Shown piece by piece: positions 8,871-17,182 of a stretch of DNA of 64,000 bases. The stretch is from positions 29,590 through 93,589 of the IMG/VR virus record IMGVR_UViG_3300010396_000045; one strand, written 5' to 3'. The notes beneath the pieces were generated by a model that saw nothing but the letters and a program-made list of their open reading frames with translations, had not been told where the DNA came from and did not search any database. Positions within the stretch are counted from its first letter, which is position 1; each line of letters begins with the position of its first letter. The position numbers and the translations under genes were made by a program. Source of the stretch: a virus.

Positions 8871-11297
8871 TTATATCGATATGATCGTGATGCTCGGATC
8901 CGGGAAATTGAGCGATGAGGTCACGCCGGCATTCACTGGGATAGTGGTCCGCGTGCCATCCTGAGTAGTTGCGCTTGTCATCTGCCATACGTTTGCTGTG
9001 CTGTTTCCAGAGCTATTCACAGGCCAATGGCTAAGAGCTACGGTCTTGCCGTTCTGCGCTCCCTGGCCGGCGTTGACGATCATAAGACCGAAATGGCCGG
9101 TCGACGGCGTACATGCCATCGTTAATAGGTTCGCCGCGTTCGTTGGCACGTTCCAGCGTGATCCGGTGACTGTACGTATTTGCTGTCCGTTAGCATAACC
9201 CGCTGGAGTAATCGGATTGCCAGCGACATCACTCAGGAAGCCGGCAGGCCCTTGCAATGCGGAGTCCCACTTCCCCCAGTAGCAGGTTACAGGAGACGAA
9301 TTTGCCGACGTAATCTTCTGGATCGCATCCCAGACGGCACCTCTGTAGTCCCCCTGTGCAATATCCTGCACTGACGAGTCCATATTACCGGCGGGATAAT
9401 ATGCACTCGGCTGATACGCGACCTGCGTAGCTGCCGTGCGAATGCCGCCGGCAAAATAGTCGGCGAATGTTGTCTGCAATTGAGACATAGGCACGCCGCC
9501 CGGAGTCGGCGATCCCTCAAAGAAATTGTCCCATTGGAACACGTCCATGCCAGGCACAGCGCTGGAAAACCCGGACCACCCACCATTGACGTTACCCGCG
9601 AAATCGGAAACCGGACCGATTACGATATATGTGCCGCCCCCCGGAAGAGAGACATTCTTGCAGTTTGCAATGATCTGATTGTAATAACCGGCAGAGTCGT
9701 CTGTGTTGGCCGGTTCATTCTGCCCGCAGAATCCGATAACAGGCAGCCTCTTTCCGTTGGGCATCGTCTGGTTCTGAAAGAACAGGGCCATGTTGTGTAT
9801 CATCTGGCCGTATAGAGTCTGGTTAGTGATGTTGAGATCTCGCCAGTTCAAATTGAGAACGATAGCGGAGACCCCCAGCGGATCGACCTTGTAGAAATTA
9901 TTTATGAGGTTCGCATATGCTGCTTGATTTACGTTGGGGAACGTTCCCCATAACTCTGGCGGAGGTGTCAATTCCATCCACAGGCCGGGGCACACTGTCG
10001 CCATCTTGGTCTGATATTCAGTTGACGTCAGTAGAGCGAATGGATTCCCGTTGGCTACGGAGAACGAGCCGACTAGGCTACCGTCATTGGCAAATGCCCC
10101 ATCGGCTACCCCATAGAGCCGAGGTGAGATAATCATCTGCCCTCGGCCAGAGTTCTGGTTCGTTGTTCCCGGAGTCGGGTAGAAGTAGCTGGACGAAAAG
10201 TCGGCCGTCATGAACGAACTAAAGGCAGCAGGACCAGGACCGCCGGACGATGCCTGAGAGACGATGGTAAACGGCGAAGGACCAAAGGGAGAGTTCGACG
10301 CGCTCGATTGCGTCGCGGTTAGACCGATCGAATAGTTGCCAGCCGTCAGGTTGCTCGCAGAGGTTATCAGGCTGCTGCCTGATAGCGAAAAGCTGGAGGA
10401 ATTCGCCCCGCTCAGCGATACTGAGCCACTGAACGTCCCGCTGCTTACCGTGACAGATACAGCGCCTACCGTCGTCCCAGAAGGCGCGGTAGAGGACACG
10501 GTGTTGTTGGATAGCGATATGCCGGTGATCGTCAGCGGCACGCCGCTCGGAGAGGCGCAGGCGACCCACCCGGTAATCGGGGAAGTCGTGGTCGGCCCAG
10601 TCCACGAGAGAGAGCCAGACGTGATCGTCCCGGTCGGCGTAAGACTGTACCAGTTATTGCTTACGTCAAGTTGCCAGACCGTTGATCCGATCAGATAGAT
10701 AGCTTGGGCATGGGATATAGTATCTGTCTGGCCGTTCACTACGGGATTGCCGCTGCCATTGAGCGACCAGACGTTGGCCTTTGTATCCGTAAATGACCCA
10801 CTACCCGGCGTTGCCGTGGGATACGACGTCGTCCCAGCCCATTGCCACCAGCCAGGCGTTCCGAATGAATTCCCGTTGCTCTCCTCGTGGTAGACGATAT
10901 GGCTCTGATAGAAGACCTGGAGGACGCCAGACGTCGTCGCGTCCGTCGTGCCATTGTGGATTACCTGCCCGCCCTGGCCTGTGATGGTCCATGTATCGAA
11001 CGGTCCGCCTGTCGGCGCGGCCTGCCCAGGCGTCTGAGACGAATAGATCGTCTGGCTTGATGAAGTGACGCTGGAGAGGTTCGCGGACTCCTGGGTAACA
11101 GACCCCGTTTGGAAAGGCCCCGCTATTGCAGGCGAGGACTGAAGCCCAGTGATGGTGTCGACCGCAATTACTCGAACCCAGTAGTTCACCCCCACAGACA
11201 GGCCCGTTATAGAAAAGCTGGCAACCGAGGATGTGCCAGCTTGTGTCCAAGGTCCGGTCGCGGATGTTCCGTACGAAATTAGGTAGCTATAGCTCAT
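8871..11297 (-). CDS. Receptor-binding/fibre protein: partial FN3 + Trp-rich modules + Ig/cadherin-like + clan GH-A (GH39-like) barrel
   Basis: GLSVGVNYWVRVIAVD FN3 motif; QNEP acid/base motif; C-terminal LMIVN..SITII beta-sandwich. Confidence 0.65.
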   Translation of the reverse strand: MSYSYLISYGTSATGPWTQAGTSSVASFSITGLSVGVNYWVRVIAVDTITGLQSSPAIAGPFQTGSVTQESANLSSVTSSSQTIYSSQTPGQAAPTGGPFDTWTITGQGGQVIHNGTTDATTSGVLQVFYQSHIVYHEESNGNSFGTPGWWQWAGTTSYPTATPGSGSFTDTKANVWSLNGSGNPVVNGQTDTISHAQAIYLIGSTVWQLDVSNNWYSLTPTGTITSGSLSWTGPTTTSPITGWVACASPSGVPLTITGISLSNNTVSSTAPSGTTVGAVSVTVSSGTFSGSVSLSGANSSSFSLSGSSLITSASNLTAGNYSIGLTATQSSASNSPFGPSPFTIVSQASSGGPGPAAFSSFMTADFSSSYFYPTPGTTNQNSGRGQMIISPRLYGVADGAFANDGSLVGSFSVANGNPFALLTSTEYQTKMATVCPGLWMELTPPPELWGTFPNVNQAAYANLINNFYKVDPLGVSAIVLNLNWRDLNITNQTLYGQMIHNMALFFQNQTMPNGKRLPVIGFCGQNEPANTDDSAGYYNQIIANCKNVSLPGGGTYIVIGPVSDFAGNVNGGWSGFSSAVPGMDVFQWDNFFEGSPTPGGVPMSQLQTTFADYFAGGIRTAATQVAYQPSAYYPAGNMDSSVQDIAQGDYRGAVWDAIQKITSANSSPVTCYWGKWDSALQGPAGFLSDVAGNPITPAGYANGQQIRTVTGSRWNVPTNAANLLTMACTPSTGHFGLMIVNAGQGAQNGKTVALSHWPVNSSGNSTANVWQMTSATTQDGTRTTIPVNAGVTSSLNFPDPSITIISI

Positions 11298-11334
11298 CCA
11301 GCAATCCTTGAAGTCTTTTTAGACAGGATGGCCT

Positions 11335-14300
11335 TTAAGGCTTGGTCGCGTACACCCTGTAGTAGTCAAGCGACGCATAGGCCGGAAGGCTGCCGTCTGA
11401 TGGCGTTCCATCGCCGGCATTATAGTCGGCGCCATTGGTGTAGATGTAAGTTCCCATGGGTTGGGTCTTCCAGTCGCCGCCTGGCGTTGCATGGGATGTG
11501 CCCACCTGGACTCCATTTATAAAGCAGCGGATAAAGTCTGATTGCCAGTCGAGCCCATAAATGTTCGGTCGGCTAATATCGAGAGTGGTTGTCGAATAAA
11601 GTGTTATACCTCCTGTCTGGAAGCCTGCACCACTCCCCTGATTCCCGTCATCAACCATCTGGAACCAGACATGCGATACGCCGCTGGTGTCGGTCCAAAG
11701 ATAGATATTGAGTTCAACGCTCCAACCGTCCTGCACGCCCGGGAAGTGGTTCTCGATATCGAATCCGAACATGAAGCCGTTCACCTTCGGAACGGACACC
11801 GAGAATTCGTGGTAGCCGTAAACCCGGTAGCATCCTCCCGGCGTGTTGAAGTTGTTGATGATTGTGCCGAGCAGGTGTTCGGTAATTCCCAACCCACCCG
11901 GATTGACCATCACACCAAGGCGCAACGCGCCGCTAACCAAGCTATAGAGCGAGGAGGCAGACGGCGTGGCGATCGGGTTAACCCACCAAGTAGATACGCC
12001 CGTCGTGGATCCGCCCGGAGACCCAGGAACGCTGAATTCCCACATATCTCCAGACTGCCACACCTGGTGCGACATCCAGGATCCCGAGCTAAACTCGTCA
12101 TCGAAAATTGCTGAGATTGGAGTAGAGCCGGGGAAGGCGTTCCACACCTTGACATATTCAAACTGAGCGGTAACCGGCAGTGATCCGGGGCTACTTATCA
12201 CACCATAGAAACTGGTAGGGTCGGCATCTCCCATATAAATTAAAGGATAGAGAGGGACGCCGTAGCCGGATGGCGTCGGCCATGAGCCCTGGGCTACCCT
12301 ATCGATGTAGAAAGTCGTCGTCGTCGGCGTTACCAGGACGCCGTACTGGTGGAATTGGGAACAGTCTACGGTCCCGACTCCTACCGCATTATATGTGTAG
12401 ACGTTCTGAAGAACCTGAGAAGAAGCAGCGTCCCACAAGGCGAAACCGCCGGCCTGGAACGAAGTCTGGTTCGTGTTTATCTGAATGACGTCGATTTGGT
12501 TCGCACCTTGAGTGGAGTAGAGAATAAACCCGGCTCCCGTACCAGTAAGAGGCTGGACCGCCATCTTGACTTCAAAGTATCCATATGTCTGCGAGAATGT
12601 TAAAGCGGTCTGCAACTGAGCGGAGATATAAGGGAGGTTATTGACCGCCGATAGGTACTGAGACGGAGTATTATCGACTCTTAGGTTCAGAACACCGTTA
12701 GATACTGTATATATGCTTGTAATAGGCGTCGCGGGGTTGAATGGGTTTAGCACCCACATATCACTCCCCGGGTTGCCCGCATTTAGCGGAGCGTAATCCT
12801 CTGCTGGTTGCCACGTTTGTCCCGCAGCGGGAGCATAGATATTGTACATATTCAGAGAAGTGAACTCATCGGAGAATGTCGGATTATTCGGATCCGACCC
12901 GCCAAGGATGCGGGGATCACCGCTTGTGGATGTCCATACTCCGTTGTTCCAGAAGGACCACGATAGCCCCGAACCAGAAGGAGGCGCTGCGCCTGGTCCT
13001 ACCCACGTTGAGCCGTTCCAGAAGTACCAGTTACCAGACCCCTGGTCCTGCGCGTAGATCGTGTCCGTCTGAGGGACGTAGGTAAGCGCTCCCGTCCCGC
13101 CTCCTCCCGGAACAGCGGTGCCGTTCTCTAGGACATTTCCGCTGGCGTCGATCGTCCACACATTGCCGTGGATGTCCGTAATGGACCCGACCCCGGGCGT
13201 GATGGTGGCGATCGTTACCAGTGTCGCCTGATAGACTGCGCTCTGGTAGTAGAGCAGTTCGATAACGTTTGAAGGACTCTGGACCGATATGCCATTACGG
13301 TCGATCTCAAAGCCCCCGCCCACGCCTGCCATCGACCAGTGAGCGCCAGCCGCATCGACAATCTGCCAAGTGCTGTTGTTGACGAACGTCCCGGAAGGAG
13401 ACTGGCCGAGCGTTATATCTGTGCGAGGATCCTTCGTCGCCGATACCCAGGCCGACCCGTTCCAGGAGAACCACGCATTCGCGTTCGTCTTACGGTAGAC
13501 CGTGCTATTCCAGAATAGGAGTTCGACGGTCCCTGTCGTGCCGGAATCAGAAACACCTCCATGAACAACCTGGCCGGCTGAATTGATCTGCCAGGAGGTT
13601 CCCTGAGTGCCGATGATCGTCGCGACTGTATCGGTTACATCTGTCTGCTGCGGAGACGCTGTAATCGCCGGATCGCCGCTATATGGGATCCAATTTCCAC
13701 CGAGCGCATCGCCGCCGTAATAGCTCCACGTAGGCGCCGTCGTAGCAGGACCGCTCGCGACTGGACCGTTCCAGGAAAGCGCTCCAGAGGTAATCGTCCC
13801 GGTAGGCGTTAGGCTATACCAAGATCCGGCTTGGTCCTCTTGCCACACCGTCCCGTTGACCAACTCCAGGAGCTGCGCGTGAGAGACCGTATCGATATTA
13901 CCGTTCACCACCGGATTCCCGGAGGCGTTCAGCGACCACGCATTGCCGAAACTGTCGGTAAACGAGCCGCTCCCTGGCGTAGCCTTCGGCGTTGTCGTCC
14001 CGGCCAGCATCCAGACATTGTGGTTCCAGTAGACAATCTGCTGGACGCTGCTGGTGTTCTGGAGGACCGTGCCATTGCGCGATACCTGCACGCCGCTCGC
14101 TGTCCCGCTGGCATAGAGAGACCACGCGTTGAGGCTTGCGTCGTATAGCGCGGAGGGAATGGCCCAGGAGACGCCTAGAGACGAACCGGACGCCACTGAG
14201 ATGATAGGACCGACAGATGGGACAGTCGTTGCCGAGGAACTGTTGACCCGTGTGTTCTGCGCGGACTCAATGATAGAGCTGGCACTCGTTATGACCGGCC

Positions 14301-14484
14301 CAACAACGCTCGGGGCCGACTTAATACCAAGGACGGTATCCTGAGCCGTGATCCGGAAGAAAAAGCCTGTGCTGCTGGAAAGCCCGCTGACGATGTCGGT
14401 CGTAGCGGAGAACGGCGAGCCGGAGACTGTCGTCCAAGGACCGGATGAAGCGAGAGCCTCTTCTACGATGTAGTTAACGCCCAT
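11335..14484 (-). CDS. Large receptor-binding protein: partial FN3 + repeated Trp-rich modules + two GH16-like domains
   Basis: FSDEF, QTYGYFEVKM, FHQYGV, FEYVKVW; second FDDEF..YGYHEF..LDYYRVY. Confidence 0.7.
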   Translation of the reverse strand: MGVNYIVEEALASSGPWTTVSGSPFSATTDIVSGLSSSTGFFFRITAQDTVLGIKSAPSVVGPVITSASSIIESAQNTRVNSSSATTVPSVGPIISVASGSSLGVSWAIPSALYDASLNAWSLYASGTASGVQVSRNGTVLQNTSSVQQIVYWNHNVWMLAGTTTPKATPGSGSFTDSFGNAWSLNASGNPVVNGNIDTVSHAQLLELVNGTVWQEDQAGSWYSLTPTGTITSGALSWNGPVASGPATTAPTWSYYGGDALGGNWIPYSGDPAITASPQQTDVTDTVATIIGTQGTSWQINSAGQVVHGGVSDSGTTGTVELLFWNSTVYRKTNANAWFSWNGSAWVSATKDPRTDITLGQSPSGTFVNNSTWQIVDAAGAHWSMAGVGGGFEIDRNGISVQSPSNVIELLYYQSAVYQATLVTIATITPGVGSITDIHGNVWTIDASGNVLENGTAVPGGGGTGALTYVPQTDTIYAQDQGSGNWYFWNGSTWVGPGAAPPSGSGLSWSFWNNGVWTSTSGDPRILGGSDPNNPTFSDEFTSLNMYNIYAPAAGQTWQPAEDYAPLNAGNPGSDMWVLNPFNPATPITSIYTVSNGVLNLRVDNTPSQYLSAVNNLPYISAQLQTALTFSQTYGYFEVKMAVQPLTGTGAGFILYSTQGANQIDVIQINTNQTSFQAGGFALWDAASSQVLQNVYTYNAVGVGTVDCSQFHQYGVLVTPTTTTFYIDRVAQGSWPTPSGYGVPLYPLIYMGDADPTSFYGVISSPGSLPVTAQFEYVKVWNAFPGSTPISAIFDDEFSSGSWMSHQVWQSGDMWEFSVPGSPGGSTTGVSTWWVNPIATPSASSLYSLVSGALRLGVMVNPGGLGITEHLLGTIINNFNTPGGCYRVYGYHEFSVSVPKVNGFMFGFDIENHFPGVQDGWSVELNIYLWTDTSGVSHVWFQMVDDGNQGSGAGFQTGGITLYSTTTLDISRPNIYGLDWQSDFIRCFINGVQVGTSHATPGGDWKTQPMGTYIYTNGADYNAGDGTPSDGSLPAYASLDYYRVYATKP

Positions 14485-15996
14485 CTAGCTCACCGTAAAC
14501 GCTACGGAGCCGACGACGGCGCCATTCGCCACGACGTAGAGGACATGCTGACCAGCCGCGAGCGACGGGAGCGTAAATCCGAACGACGTCTGAGTGACGA
14601 TAGCTCCGGAAGGTAGGCTGCTGAGAGCAACGGGCTGGTCAGCATTCCATCCGAGTTGGACCGCCGAGGAGGTGGCAATCTCAGTAATTCCGCCGACCGC
14701 TGGCAGCGTCGGATCTACCACGTATTGCAATGTTGGCACCGAGGTAAACCCAGGCAGCGAGCCGGAGACCGGGATGCTTGACGTGTGCGATGCTCCGGAA
14801 ATCGGGTTGATAATCACCTGAGGCGTTGTGGTGACCGTTGCAACGCCCGCCGCACGGAGCGTCATGACGGTAGCAATGCCTACCGTCCGAGATGTCCCGA
14901 CAGAACCGACAGCGGTCAGCGGCAGGATCGTAGCCAAACCTGCTGCATTGGACGCGGCCTGTATGCCGAAGCCAACAGCACTCAGGCCACCGAACGTCGC
15001 GCGCCCGATAGCCGATATACCGCCCGCCGTGCTGCTGGTCGTGACGACGATCGGCGATGATACCGGGCCAGGACCGGACGGGTTTACCGCATAGACCTCG
15101 AAGGCATACTGAGTACCGGGGAGGAGGCCGGAAACGGTCGCAACCGTGTTCGGCGTCGGCGAGCCAGCGGCTTGATATATGCCAGTCGTGCCGTCTCCCA
15201 GGACGAACTGGACCTGGTAGGTATATGGGCCGATGCCAGTCTGTGGAGCGATCCACGACAGCGTCACCGAGGACGACGTCACAGAGACTATACCAAGGCT
15301 CCTGACAAGGCCCGGTCCCTGGCCGAGCGCCCCGCCCCATGCGCCCTTGTCCCAGCCGGCGATCGTGGCGTTGTCTACGTCGAAGCCGAACAGAGCAACG
15401 CTGTTGATCGACGTGATTTCGTAGTTGACGCCTACGCCTTCGGGGTTGATCGGGAGATATCCCCCCTCCAGAAGAGCGGTAATCAGCGGACTGGGGACGA
15501 CGCCGGATATCCCGACCGTCATCGTCATATCCTGGTTGTCCTGGATAGTGACGATAGACGCCGGGTTGTTCAGCAGAAGTCCGAGGGCCTCGGCAGCCTC
15601 GGCTATGGAGCCATCCCAGCTATTGAGGATGACCTTGGCCTTGAGCAGAGCGCGGTAGGTATCATCGTCTAGCCGCGTCAGGCCATCGGTCGGATCGAAT
15701 GGCCCCTTCCAGACGCCCTGGTCGAAGCCAAGCCCTACCGTGTCGAACGAAAAATAGAGGTTCGCAATCGGCTGCTCGACGAAGCGCGTGCGCCCGATCC
15801 ATTGGCCTACTGCGTCAAGCTGGACGCCGATAGCCGTGTCCAGGTCAAAGGTCGTCAGAAGTGAGCGTAGGAGCGCCTGGGAGTCGAGAAACGGCTGGAT
15901 AAGCGCCGTTACGTAAGCGACGAACTTTGGTTGATTGGCGTGTTCGGACGTAATCCGCGCCAGGTAGCTCGCGAGCGTCGGAACACTTGAGGCCAT
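14485..15996 (-). CDS. DUF2612-family baseplate wedge protein with FN3 and Ig-like C-terminal extension
   Basis: FDLDTAIGVQLDAVGQWIG, LDDDTYRALLKAK; FN3 GLLPGTQYAFEVYAVN. Confidence 0.85.
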   Translation of the reverse strand: MASSVPTLASYLARITSEHANQPKFVAYVTALIQPFLDSQALLRSLLTTFDLDTAIGVQLDAVGQWIGRTRFVEQPIANLYFSFDTVGLGFDQGVWKGPFDPTDGLTRLDDDTYRALLKAKVILNSWDGSIAEAAEALGLLLNNPASIVTIQDNQDMTMTVGISGVVPSPLITALLEGGYLPINPEGVGVNYEITSINSVALFGFDVDNATIAGWDKGAWGGALGQGPGLVRSLGIVSVTSSSVTLSWIAPQTGIGPYTYQVQFVLGDGTTGIYQAAGSPTPNTVATVSGLLPGTQYAFEVYAVNPSGPGPVSSPIVVTTSSTAGGISAIGRATFGGLSAVGFGIQAASNAAGLATILPLTAVGSVGTSRTVGIATVMTLRAAGVATVTTTPQVIINPISGASHTSSIPVSGSLPGFTSVPTLQYVVDPTLPAVGGITEIATSSAVQLGWNADQPVALSSLPSGAIVTQTSFGFTLPSLAAGQHVLYVVANGAVVGSVAFTVS

Positions 15997-15997
15997 A

Positions 15998-17179
15998 TCA
16001 TGGTATGCTCAAAGAAACAGTTGCCGATGAAGCCTGCGCTGCCTCGTTGAAGGCTATGGGCACGTCGGCGGAAGCCGGCGCACCGCCGCCACGAGACATG
16101 AGAAGCGAAGTCAGGTTGAACGTCGTGTTGTCCGTCCCGGCGATCGAAAGCGCCGCCCAGATAACGTGGGTCAGGTAGACGTTCGTCCCGATGGGAACCG
16201 AGTTGATATAATTGACTACGGCAGCAACGATCTCGTTACCTACCGTGCTCGTAAAGCCCTGCAACGCAGTCAAGTGGATGACGACCGTGATCTGAACGTC
16301 TGTCACCACGAAGAAGTTGTATGTGTGCGGGATGTTATATGCGTCCAGGACGATTTCGCTCGTCGTCCCGTAGGTTCCGGCTCCTGGCGTCTTATGGGCC
16401 GCAATAGCGTTCGCTATCTGCTGCGTATCGCCGCCCTCGACGACGAAGGACACCGAGTGAGAGGGTATCCCGTTGCTGTCCGTCAGAGACGTGTCGTTCT
16501 CGTAGACCCGAAGCCGGGTAACGCCGTTGACCGCAAAGACAGCGCCCGTCATGCCATCGATGGCCGTCACGCTCGGGAGCATGGTCGAGACCGTCTGGCG
16601 CGCCCTAAGAGCGGGATCGGACTCCAACGGAGCGCCGGCCAGAGCGGACTGTAGAAACGATGCCGACTGCCAGCCAAGGATAGGCGTTGCGATCGTCACT
16701 GGACCGGCAGGCGACGTTATAGCGCCTGCTACGGAGGCTGTAGCGGTTACAGTCGCTTGGCCCGTCGTATCAATGACAGTGACTGTCGGAAGCGTCCATT
16801 GGTTGCCGCTGCCGTCCCGGACTATGCCGTCGAGGATCACCGTCCCGGCCACACCAATGCACTGACAAAGTGCCGTGCTATTAGTCGGCAATTCTCGCGC
16901 TAGGCCATTGATCTTGACGACGCTGCTAAGGCCTACGCCGACTGCGGTAGACGGCGAGTAGCTATTGTAGACAGCCGTAGCCATCGAGTTCGTGTCGTAG
17001 ATAGCCTGGGCGAAGATGCCGAGGAGCTGACCGTCCTGCCCGTCGCTACCAAGATAAACGTCCGAGCCGAATATCCCCTGCACCTTGCCCTGCAAGTATG
17101 AGAGGATGTCCGTGAAGGCCGGACTGTGGATACCAGTATCATCCACATAGCAGGCGGTCGGGCTAGTCGTTCCGCTCAT
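15998..17179 (-). CDS. Baseplate J / Mu gp47-like protein
   Basis: GAPLESDPALRARQ, YENDT, VEGGD motifs; synteny. Confidence 0.9.
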   Translation of the reverse strand: MSGTTSPTACYVDDTGIHSPAFTDILSYLQGKVQGIFGSDVYLGSDGQDGQLLGIFAQAIYDTNSMATAVYNSYSPSTAVGVGLSSVVKINGLARELPTNSTALCQCIGVAGTVILDGIVRDGSGNQWTLPTVTVIDTTGQATVTATASVAGAITSPAGPVTIATPILGWQSASFLQSALAGAPLESDPALRARQTVSTMLPSVTAIDGMTGAVFAVNGVTRLRVYENDTSLTDSNGIPSHSVSFVVEGGDTQQIANAIAAHKTPGAGTYGTTSEIVLDAYNIPHTYNFFVVTDVQITVVIHLTALQGFTSTVGNEIVAAVVNYINSVPIGTNVYLTHVIWAALSIAGTDNTTFNLTSLLMSRGGGAPASADVPIAFNEAAQASSATVSLSIP

Positions 17180-17182
17180 CCG

